The notes under the pieces: model-generated
The model's input: only the letters and a program-made list of their open reading frames with translations
What the model was told of the DNA's origin: nothing
Database searches by the model: none
In this document: piece after piece, positions 20,409 to 29,569 of the stretch
Numbering within the stretch: position 1 is the stretch's first letter
Layout: each line of letters begins with the position of its first letter
Translations under genes and position numbers: made by a program
Origin: Nitrosospira multiformis ATCC 25196
Lineage (GTDB): Bacteria > Pseudomonadota > Gammaproteobacteria > Burkholderiales > Nitrosomonadaceae
Assembly (NCBI RefSeq): GCF_000196355.1
Contig: NC_007614.1
Span: forward strand, 1,140,001 to 1,172,000
Length of the DNA: 32,000 nucleotides
Direction: 5' to 3'

Positions 20409-20610
20409 CCAGGTTGTATGACATTTCATTAATTGCAAAGAGAAGAGGGTGAAAGGAAGCGATAAAAGCGGATCAACTTTCGAGGAGATGAGGGATATGG
20501 GGGGCAGTTTGCACATGCATGTCTGAGCAGGGCATTCGGATTCTCACGCAGGAGCGACAACCGTCGGCAAGATTCATTGCAAAGGGTACTTTTGGAGAAG
20601 GAGATAAGAA

Positions 20611-20790
20611 ATGTCGGTAACCTCGGATGCGAAAAGAATGTTTGTGGAAAATCTGAATGCGTTTGGCGATAAGGAAACCCAGCCGGAAAAATACAATCTT
20701 TATCTCGGCCTTATTTACCTGGTGGCATCGGTGGAGCAGATTCAGCAGGAATTAGAGGAAATCAAGCTGCAAATAGCCAAAAGGAATTAA
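20611..20790 (+). CDS. Small hypothetical protein (59 aa), absent from the supplied ORF track
   Basis: RBS GAAGGAGA just upstream; MSVTSDAKRMFVENLNAFGDKETQPEKYNLYLGLIYLVASVEQIQQELEEIKLQIAKRN*. Confidence 0.6.
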   Translation: MSVTSDAKRMFVENLNAFGDKETQPEKYNLYLGLIYLVASVEQIQQELEEIKLQIAKRN

Positions 20791-20861
20791 GGCGACACCT
20801 GCAGGAGTTGAACACTCCCTGTTCCCCATTCACCTTGGTTTTCTCCTCCCATTCGCCCGAG

Positions 20862-20896
20862 CCCTTCGACGAGCTCAGGAAATGCTTGTCGAAGGG
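20862..20896. repeat. REP-like imperfect palindrome
   Basis: CCCTTCGAC gagctcaggaaatgctt GTCGAAGGG, a 9-bp perfect inverted repeat resembling dispersed 'CCCTTCGAC..GTCGAAGGG' intergenic repeats. Confidence 0.6.
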
Positions 20897-20958
20897 TCAG
20901 TCGGGAAATCACCTTGAAATAGGGGAAACGATCAGAGTGATATCGAAATTATTACAAG

Positions 20959-22116
20959 TCATTCCGGCTTCCGGGAAGGTTGCAAGGCACCTTGATAAGG
21001 TCTTGCATCCACCGGAATATCTATCGTGAAGGTTGTGCCGCGATAAGGTGAGCTATCGACCGCGACACTGCCACCATGGGTTTCCGCAACACTTCGCACA
21101 TACGGCAAGCCAATACCCCAGCCTTCCTTGTTTCCCTTTTTTGCGGCCTCTGCTCTTCCGAATATTTGAAATATACTCTCGATTTGTTCAGGTGGAATGA
21201 ATTCCCCTTCGTTATGCACAGACAGTAGCATGCGCTCGTTTTGTGAAGCAATCTTGATTCGAACAGGCGTATCGGCAGAGCCATATTTCACTGCATTTCC
21301 AATAATATTTTCCACCGCCCGTTTGATTGCCTCCCGGTCCCACCATCCTGTGATAGAAGTGCCGATCAGACGGAAGCGTGCCCCATGAATGGCGGTGAAG
21401 CTGTCGAGTACTTCCTTCATGACTTCCTGTATGTCGAATTCCTTGAGCCGCAGGTGTAATTGTTCTCCCATGTGGAATTTTATCGAGTCGAGCAAATCGC
21501 GAATCATTCCATCCATTCGACTCAGGTTGTTCATGATTCCTTCCGCAAATTCCTTTATCTTGTTCAAATCGGACGTGGATTTGATCAACTGGGCGGCAAG
21601 ATGGGCATTCGATAATGGATTTCTCAGGTCGTGAGCAAGTGTTGCAACAAATCTTTCCTGGAGCGCTGCCTGGGTCAAGGCGAAGGCGTTGACAGCCTCA
21701 CGGATTGATCCATCGATAGAGGCATTGATAATGTAAATTTCACGGTCATTGAGGCGTACGTCATTCATCTTTAGAACATCAAAGATTGTCCACCGCAGTT
21801 GCTGATATTCCGCGATTACCGAGTGCGCGTTATAGCTTGTAAGGCGCGCTCGCTCCCCACCGTGCTCCGCCGCCACCGTAGTACCCTCATTTCCTGTTGC
21901 TCTTGGATAATCAGGCGTAATAGCTTCGGCAAGGTTATCGTACAGGGCGGGAAAGGTATTGATGATTATTGGATTGGGTAAATGCTCGGCTTCCTTGATG
22001 CTGTTTCGAACCCTTTTCATCCATTCCGAAAGTACTTCATCTCGAAGCTCGAGCATTCTTCGAGCGGTTGCGGAAAGTTTCTCAGGATTGATATTTTGGT
22101 CGCTTGCCAGAGTCAT
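20959..22116 (-). CDS. Sensor histidine kinase (orphan, cytosolic, RsbRD-like N-terminus possible)
   Basis: H-box ATLAHDLRNPLSNAHLAAQLI, N-box AVENIIGNAVKYGS, G-box KEGWGIGLPYVRSVAETHGGSVAVDSSPYRGTTFTIDIP; no obvious TM segments; N-terminal helical EVLSEWMKRVRNSI... region. Confidence 0.9.
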   Translation of the reverse strand: MTLASDQNINPEKLSATARRMLELRDEVLSEWMKRVRNSIKEAEHLPNPIIINTFPALYDNLAEAITPDYPRATGNEGTTVAAEHGGERARLTSYNAHSVIAEYQQLRWTIFDVLKMNDVRLNDREIYIINASIDGSIREAVNAFALTQAALQERFVATLAHDLRNPLSNAHLAAQLIKSTSDLNKIKEFAEGIMNNLSRMDGMIRDLLDSIKFHMGEQLHLRLKEFDIQEVMKEVLDSFTAIHGARFRLIGTSITGWWDREAIKRAVENIIGNAVKYGSADTPVRIKIASQNERMLLSVHNEGEFIPPEQIESIFQIFGRAEAAKKGNKEGWGIGLPYVRSVAETHGGSVAVDSSPYRGTTFTIDIPVDARPYQGALQPSRKPE

Positions 22117-22685
22117 GATAAACGCCCTTTTTTATTGATGAGGAAAGGAGCAATATGATTTAAGCCTTGGGAAGATAGCCACGAAGAGTTGGTGGGTGAC
22201 GGATCGGAGCATTTAGCAAGTTGGGGAAGTATTACATGTGGGGGGTGTGACTGCAAAGCTTCGGCCCTCGGTCATGTTATTGTTGCGGAGGGGAAGTTAT
22301 TTAGGGTTATGGAATCCAAGCTCCGAACGGGTATAAACCTGAATCAGGCGGGGAAAACCCAGCCTTTTTGTTTTATAGGAACGAAACGATGAGAAGAATA
22401 ATTGAAGCTTTCATACTGGTGGCTGTCATGAGCAGTGAAGTCACCGCCTACGAGGCTTATCCAACATGGAAGACGAGTGGAACCGTAAGCGACAGTTATC
22501 GGAAGTGCAGCGGATCGGGCAGGGTGCAAGGCGCCGCCAGTGGGAAATTGCCGACTGCTTAATGCAACTCGAACGTCAGAACAAAATTGAGCAGAGAGAT
22601 AAGGAATTGCGTTACCACCAGCTGGAAGTGGGGCGGTACAGATCGGAGTGGCGTTAAATCTGCTACCTGAATGTTAAGCAACTGC

Positions 22686-22761
22686 TGGTGCCGACACCAA
22701 GATTCGAACTCGGGACCTTCTGATTACAAATCAGCTGCTCTACCAACTGAGCTATGCCGGC
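22686..22761 (-). tRNA. tRNA-Thr (anticodon TGU)
   Basis: Reverse strand GCCGGCATAGCTCAGTTGGTAGAGCAGCTGATTTGTAATCAGAAGGTCCCGAGTTCGAATCTTGGTGTCGGCACCA; cloverleaf with anticodon loop TTTGTAA, encoded CCA. Confidence 0.96.
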
Positions 22762-22826
22762 GTGGATGCAATTATAGAGACTGGAAAGGAGGGGAGCAAA
22801 CCGCTGATACGGGTGACAGCTCGCCC

Positions 22827-23255
22827 TTACTTGACCACTTGAAGCCGACGGTTCTTGGTTGCCCTGGCAGGGGGCCGATCCGATGAGGATTGGGACTCAT
22901 CGGCTTCTTTTCCGGCAGCCTCATCCTGGGGGGCATCCGGTTCTACCTCGGCTGGAAAAAGCATACCGCGTGCGGTTTCTTTGGCAAATATTCCCTGGAC
23001 TGTCGCCAGGGGGATGGAGATTTCACGCGAGACGCCGGCAAACCGCGCCGAGAACTGTATCACTTCATTTCCAAGCGTAAGGTGGTGAGCAGCATCGTGG
23101 CTTATGTTGAGAATAATCTCGCCATCCTTCACATATTCATCCGGTACGCGGGTGTTGTCATCCACTTTAACCGAGATGTAAGGCGTATAACCGCAATCCG
23201 AGCACCATTCGTAAATGGCGCGAATCAGATAAGGCTTGGTGGAAAGCTCTCTCAT
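22827..23255 (-). CDS. sspB: ClpXP protease specificity-enhancing factor SspB
   Basis: STKPYLIRAIYEWCSDCGYTPYISVKVD...VIQFSARFAGVSREISIPLATVQGIFAKETARGMLFP; adjacent to sspA. Confidence 0.94.
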   Translation of the reverse strand: MRELSTKPYLIRAIYEWCSDCGYTPYISVKVDDNTRVPDEYVKDGEIILNISHDAAHHLTLGNEVIQFSARFAGVSREISIPLATVQGIFAKETARGMLFPAEVEPDAPQDEAAGKEADESQSSSDRPPARATKNRRLQVVK

Positions 23256-23851
23256 TTGCGCATGGCCTTTTCAGAGGCTGTGAGCGCATCGATGAATGCC
23301 GGTCTGCTGAACAGGCGCTCGGCAAATTTCAGCAGGGGCGCGGCTTGCTTGGGTAGCTGGATGCCGTAATGATCGAGCCGCCACAGCAGGGGTGCTATGG
23401 CGACATCGAGCATGGAAAATTCATCCCCCAGCATATGTTTCTGTTTGGCAAAGACAGGGGCGATGAGGGTCAGGTTATCGCGAATCGTTGCGCGCGCTTT
23501 TTCCGCCGCTTTCTGGTTGCCATGCTCCACTGCTTCGAGATGACAGAAAAGTTCCTGTTCAAAGCGGTGCAGAAACAGACGGGCCCGCGCCCGCATCACG
23601 GGGTCCGCGGGCATCAGTTGCGGGTGAGGGAAGCGGTCGTCAATATACTCGTTGATGATATTGGATTCGTACAGGACGAGGTCGCGCTCCACCAGGACGG
23701 GGACGCGACCATACGGGCTCATCACTGCCAGATCTTCAGGCCTGTTATGCAGATCCACATCAATGATCTGAAAATCCATACCCTTTTCGTACAGCACGAT
23801 CCGGCAACGATGGCTGTACGGGCAGGTTGTGGCTGAGTACAAAGTCATCAT
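23252..23851 (-). CDS. sspA: Stringent starvation protein A (GST-like)
   Basis: MTLYSATTCPYSHRCRIVLYEKGMDF...YGRVPVLVERDLVLYESNIINEYIDDRFPHPQLMP. Confidence 0.94.
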   Translation of the reverse strand: MMTLYSATTCPYSHRCRIVLYEKGMDFQIIDVDLHNRPEDLAVMSPYGRVPVLVERDLVLYESNIINEYIDDRFPHPQLMPADPVMRARARLFLHRFEQELFCHLEAVEHGNQKAAEKARATIRDNLTLIAPVFAKQKHMLGDEFSMLDVAIAPLLWRLDHYGIQLPKQAAPLLKFAERLFSRPAFIDALTASEKAMRK

Positions 23852-23906
23852 GACCGGTTAATTCCCAGCAATATCAAGTCGACTGCTTTCTGGATAATGA
23901 TCAATC

Positions 23907-24644
23907 TCAATGAACATCCTTCCAGTATTCCTTCTTGAGGGCATAGGTCAGCACAAGCATGAGGAACAGGAAGAGCATCACGACAATTCCGATCTGCACG
24001 CGCTTGTTGGCTGCGGGTTCACCCAGGTAAACCAGGAAATTCACCAGATCGGCAACGTATGCGTCGTATTCCGTCTTGGAAAGCGACCCCGGTTTCGCGA
24101 GGGTCAATTCCTTTATTTCGTGCTTACCGCCGTGGCCGTCATCCTCTGACTTTACATTGAGGACTTGCTCTCCCTGCAATTCGTACAGCACGTGAGGCAT
24201 GGCGGCCTTGTCGAACACAAGGTTATTCCAGCCGGTTGCAGTGCTGTCATCCCGATAAAATTTCCGCAGATAGGTATAAAGCCAGTCAGGACCGCGCGAA
24301 CGGGCAATGACGGAGAGATCAGGCGGAGTTACTCCGAACCATTGCTTTGCTTCCTTCTTTGGCATTGCCACCGTCATGAGTTCGCCGACTTTCTGACCTG
24401 TGAATATGAGGTTTTCACTGATCTGTGACTCGGTAAGGCCGAGATCGCGCAGCCGGTTATAGCGCATGAATTCCGCGCTGTGACAGGACAGGCAATAATT
24501 GACAAAGGTCTTCGCACCCCGCTGCAGGGAAGTCATGTCCCTCGGCTTGATGGGCGCCGTATCAAGCGGTACTGCCGACTCGCTTGCGAATGCGACAAGC
24601 GGAGCCAGACAAAAAACAAATACGATGCTTTTAAGGTTTCTCAT
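23907..24644 (-). CDS. petC: Ubiquinol-cytochrome c reductase cytochrome c1 subunit
   Basis: Signal peptide, CLSCH haem-binding motif, LSVIARSRGPDWLYTYLRKFYRD, C-terminal TM anchor; downstream of the cytochrome b gene. Confidence 0.94.
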   Translation of the reverse strand: MRNLKSIVFVFCLAPLVAFASESAVPLDTAPIKPRDMTSLQRGAKTFVNYCLSCHSAEFMRYNRLRDLGLTESQISENLIFTGQKVGELMTVAMPKKEAKQWFGVTPPDLSVIARSRGPDWLYTYLRKFYRDDSTATGWNNLVFDKAAMPHVLYELQGEQVLNVKSEDDGHGGKHEIKELTLAKPGSLSKTEYDAYVADLVNFLVYLGEPAANKRVQIGIVVMLFLFLMLVLTYALKKEYWKDVH

Positions 24645-25888
24645 TATCTCACCCTGGTCGGTTCAGGCTTGGTTTTATCGATCTTGCTGTACCACGGCAT
24701 GAGAATGAAAAAAGCAAAATAGATTACCGTGAATATCTGCGCGAGCAACGTGTAGAGGGGTGTGGGCGATTTTGTGCCCAGCCAGCCAAGCACAAGGACG
24801 CTGATGACAAAAAGTGTAAGGGCAAACTTGAAAATGGGCCCCTTGTACCGGATGGATTTTACCGGACTGCGATCCAGCCATGGCAGCAAGGCAAAGATTG
24901 CGACGGAGCCGCCCATCAGCACGATGCCCCAGAGCTTGGCATCTATCCAGAGAAAGTTCACTGTCACCGCCCTCAGCATCGAATAGTATGGCGTGAAATA
25001 CCATACTGGGGCGATGTGGTCGGGAGTCTGCAGCGTGTTGGCAGGAATGAAATTATTGTACTCGAGGAAGTATCCGCCCATTTCCGGCATGAAGAATATG
25101 ATGCCGGTAAACACGATCAGGAACACGACGACGCCGAAAATATCCTTTACCGAATAATAGGGGTGGAAGGGAATGCCATCCACGGGGATATGCGTCACGG
25201 GGTCCTTGTTGGCCTTGATCTCGATCCCGTCCGGATTGTTCGAACCTACTTCATGCAGCGCCAGAATATGGACGATCACCAGCACTACCAGCAGGCCGGG
25301 CAGGGTCACCACGTGATAGGCAAAGAAGCGGTTGAGCGCCGCATCCGAGAGCATGAAGTCGCCCAGAATCCAGTTCGACAGCGTCTGGCCGATCACCGGG
25401 ATCGCGCCGATCATGCTGATGATCACCTGCGCGCCCCAGTATGACATCTGCCCCCAGGGGAGGATATAGCCGGTGAATGCCAACATCATGAGGACGAAAA
25501 AGATGCCCATGCCGATGACCCAGAGAAGCTCGCGCGGTTTGCGATAGGAGCCATACATCATCCCGCGGAACATGTGCAGGTAGACGACCACGAAGAACAT
25601 CGAGGCGCCGGTGGAATGCATGTAACGGATAATCCAGCCGTAATTCACGTCACGCATGATATATTCCACCGAGGCGAATGCCATGCTGGCATCCGGCTTG
25701 TAGTTCATCGTGAGGAAAATGCCGGTGAGAAGCTGGTTCACCAGCACGAGCATGGCAAGTGAACCGAAGTAGTACCAGAAATTGAAGTTCTTGGGCGCGT
25801 AGTACTCGCTGAGATGCGCTCTCCAGTTGGCTGTCAATGGAAATCGGGCGTCGATCCAGCCGATCATTGCCTCCAATCGCTTGCTCAT
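24644..25888 (-). CDS. petB: Ubiquinol-cytochrome c reductase cytochrome b subunit
   Basis: 414 aa; MRDVNYGWIIRYMHSTGASMFFVVVYLHMFRG, YILPWGQMSYWGAQV, LPGLLVVLVIVHILALHEVGSNNPDG, FHPYYSVKD. Confidence 0.96.
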   Translation of the reverse strand: MSKRLEAMIGWIDARFPLTANWRAHLSEYYAPKNFNFWYYFGSLAMLVLVNQLLTGIFLTMNYKPDASMAFASVEYIMRDVNYGWIIRYMHSTGASMFFVVVYLHMFRGMMYGSYRKPRELLWVIGMGIFFVLMMLAFTGYILPWGQMSYWGAQVIISMIGAIPVIGQTLSNWILGDFMLSDAALNRFFAYHVVTLPGLLVVLVIVHILALHEVGSNNPDGIEIKANKDPVTHIPVDGIPFHPYYSVKDIFGVVVFLIVFTGIIFFMPEMGGYFLEYNNFIPANTLQTPDHIAPVWYFTPYYSMLRAVTVNFLWIDAKLWGIVLMGGSVAIFALLPWLDRSPVKSIRYKGPIFKFALTLFVISVLVLGWLGTKSPTPLYTLLAQIFTVIYFAFFILMPWYSKIDKTKPEPTRVR

Positions 25889-25889
25889 T

Positions 25890-26492
25890 TTATGCAGACT
25901 CCTTATCAGACCCGACCAGCAGGCGCGTATCGCTCAAATACATGTGGGGTGGGACAACCAGGTTAGTGGGTGCCGGAACTGCCCTGTACACACGTCCTGC
26001 AAGGTCGAACTTGGAGCCGTGGCATGGACAGAAAAAACCGCCAAGCCAATCGGGGCCGAGGTCGGCGGGTGCAACGTCCTTTCGGAATACCGGGGAGCAG
26101 CCCAGGTGGGTGCAAACCCCTTCGACCACGAGAATGGCGGGCTTGATCGAACGGGTTTCATTCTGGGCGTATTTCGGTTGCTGATCCTTTTCAGATTTGG
26201 GATCCGCAACCTGGTTGTCGAGCTTCGGCAATGTGGCTAACATATCCTGCGTGCGGTTCAGAACCCACACCACCTTGCCGCGCCATTCCACCAGAAGCAG
26301 CATGCCCGGCTCGACCTTGCTGATATCCACCTCGACTGGCGCCCCGGCCGCCTTGGCGCGTTCGCTGGGCATCATACTCATCACGAAAGGAGTCGCTACC
26401 GCAACAGTCGCGATCCCGCCGGCAACAGAAGTTGCGGCCAGGAGAAAACGTCTCCTGCTGTTCATACCTTCTTTTTTTTCAATATCTGCCAT
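25890..26492 (-). CDS. petA: Ubiquinol-cytochrome c reductase Rieske iron-sulfur subunit
   Basis: MADIEKKEGMNSRRRFLLAATSVAG (TAT-like signal), CTHLGC and CPCHGSKFD Rieske motifs. Internal ATG 26492 preferred over 26630. Confidence 0.95.
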   Translation of the reverse strand: MADIEKKEGMNSRRRFLLAATSVAGGIATVAVATPFVMSMMPSERAKAAGAPVEVDISKVEPGMLLLVEWRGKVVWVLNRTQDMLATLPKLDNQVADPKSEKDQQPKYAQNETRSIKPAILVVEGVCTHLGCSPVFRKDVAPADLGPDWLGGFFCPCHGSKFDLAGRVYRAVPAPTNLVVPPHMYLSDTRLLVGSDKESA

Positions 26493-26932
26493 ATTTGCAG
26501 TCCCGTTTTCCGATTCGGACTTCCAGAAAAATTTATAAAAAAACTTAACTATTTTACCATGATACGTATTGGAAAATAAATATTGATTGCAAGATGACTT
26601 GAGCGGGCAAAGCGATGAAACTTGAAACATTATATTTTTTAATCAAACAGATATGACCTCCGTATCTCCCCGCGGGCTGAAATGACTCCAAGTGAAATAG
26701 TCCCGGATTTGAAGCCTTCAAAAGGCTAAGCAGGGGGACAAACAGGGAGCCCTGCAACTATAATGTCTTGATCATGGAACCTGTGGGGCAAAGGGGATGC
26801 TTCAGTCGATCTGCGCGAGGTAACGGGTGCGAGGGGGCAGGACTGTTACAAGGATGGGCGGGGAGGAAAAGAAATGGTCAACCCTAACGAACAGCTGGAT
26901 ATTGGATATCATGGGATAACTACGAGGCCGGC

Positions 26933-27130
26933 ATGAAACGACCGGTTGTCAATTGTCCGCAGTGCGGCAAGAGTGTCGCGTGGGATAACAGCAATCCTTT
27001 TCGCCCGTTTTGTTCGGAACGCTGCAAATTGATCGACCTGGGGCAGTGGGCGACGGAATCCTACCGTATTCCCGATACGGGAAAGGATTCGGAAAAACAG
27101 GAGAACGATCCGTCAGGAAGCGAGAAATAG
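26933..27130 (+). CDS. yacG: DNA gyrase inhibitor / zinc-binding protein YacG
   Basis: 65 aa with [12 protein letters not shown]...[27 protein letters not shown] (four-Cys YacG pattern). Confidence 0.94.
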   Translation: MKRPVVNCPQCGKSVAWDNSNPFRPFCSERCKLIDLGQWATESYRIPDTGKDSEKQENDPSGSEK

Positions 27131-27306
27131 AGGCAAGGCGGCCAGGGCGTCAAAGGGTTTAGGGAATCGCTGGACAGATTCCTCACAGGCGCCACGGCGG
27201 CTTTGCAGGATAAGATGCGCGAAAGGGAGGACGCGATGGTCCGATCGCGGAGAGAGGAGCGGTACCGTCCAAAGGAAGATGGGCCTCGAGGCGGAATACA
27301 GCTTCT

Positions 27307-28284
27307 TCAGGCCTTCTGCCCGGTGCCGCGCACCTGCTCAATACGGCGCATCAGGGCGATGCCGTGGGCACCGTGTTCCCAGGCAATGGCAAGATCTTCG
27401 CTTTGCAGCCCTCCCAGCGCATAGACAGGGATGGCGCTGCCGTGGATGATTCTGGCAAGCTTTCGCCAGCCCAGCACGGGGGAATCGGGATGGCTCAATG
27501 TCGGAAGTACGGGAGCCAGAACGGCGAAATCCATTTCCAGTTGCTCGGCCCGGAAAAGCTCTTCGGCGTTGTGACAGGAGGCCGCGCACCATTCTACATC
27601 GGGTCGTTTCGAAAGATTCATCAGATCAGCCGATGTAAAGTGGATTCCATCCATATCCAATTCCTGGCAGAGGCTCTCGTTACCCGTGCCGCTGTTTACG
27701 AGAATGCGGGCGCCGTAATGATGGGCCAGTGCGGTTACTTCACGGGCAAAGGCATCCAGCGCTTTACTCCGCATTCCTTTTTCGCGTAGCTGCACCAGCC
27801 GTAGTCCTTTCTGGAGAGCGTGCCCGATTCGGGCTGCTGCAATTTGTGGCCCCCACTCCGCGGCATTCGTAATCCCATACACGGGGGGCAAGGCAAGTGC
27901 CCGCAATACGGGTGCGTTGGCAGGGAGCAACGGCTCTACAGAGACATTGTCCGCAAACTGCCACGACAGCTCCTGGTCTTCATGCGGATGAGGCTCGCCA
28001 TGCCACTCCACGACCCGATAAAAGTGAAGCCGTACCCTGGCATGAGGATAGGTGAATGTGCGGGTTATCCAGGGGTACGCATGCTTGACATGTATGCCCA
28101 ATTCTTCCAGCAGTTCGCGCTTGAGTGCGCGCAACAGGGATTCTTCCGGATTGACCTTGCCACCCGGAAATTCCCAGTAGCCGGCATAGGGTTTGCCTTC
28201 CGGGCGACGGGCCAAAAGAAAGGAACCGTCGCTCCCGATGATGATGGCGGCAACAACTTCAACGATGGAGGGAGCGGGGCGCAT
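27307..28284 (-). CDS. Nudix hydrolase (MutT-like) fused to a thiamine-phosphate-synthase-like domain
   Basis: Nudix box GGKVNPEESLLRALKRELLEELGI at the N-terminus; C-terminal TMP-synthase-like LVQLREKGM...ILVNSGTG...GIHFTSADLM...YALGGLQSEDL. Confidence 0.9.
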   Translation of the reverse strand: MRPAPSIVEVVAAIIIGSDGSFLLARRPEGKPYAGYWEFPGGKVNPEESLLRALKRELLEELGIHVKHAYPWITRTFTYPHARVRLHFYRVVEWHGEPHPHEDQELSWQFADNVSVEPLLPANAPVLRALALPPVYGITNAAEWGPQIAAARIGHALQKGLRLVQLREKGMRSKALDAFAREVTALAHHYGARILVNSGTGNESLCQELDMDGIHFTSADLMNLSKRPDVEWCAASCHNAEELFRAEQLEMDFAVLAPVLPTLSHPDSPVLGWRKLARIIHGSAIPVYALGGLQSEDLAIAWEHGAHGIALMRRIEQVRGTGQKA

Positions 28285-28292
28285 GAAGAGGT

Positions 28293-29192
28293 TTATTGTT
28301 CCGCGCGGAACTCTGTTTTGTCCGCGGGTTTCTGCCCAGCTTTCTCTCTACCTGCCCGGTCGCGCGCGAACTGCCACGCCACCCGCCCGTTGCGGGAACC
28401 TCGTCCGAGGGCCCAGCGTAGCGCTTCTTCCCGTATGCTGTCGTCCATTTTGTCTATGCCGAAATAGGCGAGCCAGCGCGCCACGATGTCCAGATACTGT
28501 TCCTGGTCGAAAGGGTAAAAAGATATCCATAAACCAAAACGTTCCGATAGCGACGTCTTTTCCTCGACCGCTTCGCTCGGGTGAATCTCCCCTCCGGTAT
28601 GCCGCGTGTCCTGGTTATCCACCCTATATTCGGGCATCAGGTGGCGCCGATTGGAGGTGGCGTAGACAAGCACATTCTCGGACGCAGTGGCAATCGAGCC
28701 ATCGAGAACCACTTTCAGGGCCTTGTAGCCTGGCTCGCCGGATTCAAACGACAGGTCGTCGCAATAGAGAATGAAGCGTTCCGGACGACGATATACCTTC
28801 TCCACGATTTCCGGCAAATCAACGAGATGGTGCTTTTCTACTTCGATGAGACGCAACCCATCGGCTGCGTATTTATTCAGCATCGCTTTTACCAGCGACG
28901 ACTTGCCTGTTCCGCGAGCTCCCGTAAGCAGCACGTTATTGGCAGGATGATGCCGCACGAATTGCCGTGTATTCTGATCTACAAGGCTTTTTTGCCGCCC
29001 TATGCTCTGCAATGCCTCGAAGGTGATGCTATCAGGATAACGCACCGGTTCGATGAATCCGCTGCGTCCTGTCTTTCGCCAGCGAAAGGCTGCGGCATTC
29101 CACTCCGGCTCGGGCGCGTCAGCGCGCAGCAACCCTTCCAGCCGGGAGAGCAGAGTTTCCGCCCGATCATACAACCTATCCCAATCGTTCAT
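28293..29192 (-). CDS. AAA-type ATP-binding protein (DUF815 family)
   Basis: VLLTGARGTGKSSLVKAML (Walker A), RFILYCDDLSFE (Walker B-like), ATSNRRHLMPEY; next to the Nudix gene as in many betaproteobacteria. Confidence 0.88.
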   Translation of the reverse strand: MNDWDRLYDRAETLLSRLEGLLRADAPEPEWNAAAFRWRKTGRSGFIEPVRYPDSITFEALQSIGRQKSLVDQNTRQFVRHHPANNVLLTGARGTGKSSLVKAMLNKYAADGLRLIEVEKHHLVDLPEIVEKVYRRPERFILYCDDLSFESGEPGYKALKVVLDGSIATASENVLVYATSNRRHLMPEYRVDNQDTRHTGGEIHPSEAVEEKTSLSERFGLWISFYPFDQEQYLDIVARWLAYFGIDKMDDSIREEALRWALGRGSRNGRVAWQFARDRAGREKAGQKPADKTEFRAEQ

Positions 29193-29569
29193 GACCAGTC
29201 CTGAAATTGCTCAATTATACCCGTAACGAATTTCAGGGCCCGTCCACGGAATTCGCCACGGTAGCTGGAGGTATATTGAGAAAGACTCCTGTGTAAGCTT
29301 CAGGCGGTATCAGGACGGTATCTGCCGCCAAACGCGGTGTCAAATGCACGATTTATGTGCGCTAACGAACGGAATGGCTCAGCTAAAAACGTCATGATTT
29401 AACGCGGTACGTCAGGCAGTTGTCCAGCTACCGGGTTCCCGTTTTCCGGGTTCCGATAGAACCGTAAAAACCAAGAAGATAAAAATCTTTGATGGGTTTC
29501 AGCAATTGGCAAGCGTACGCTTTCCGGGAAACTTCCTTTAAATTGAGTAACCTCTCAGGAGAATACACT

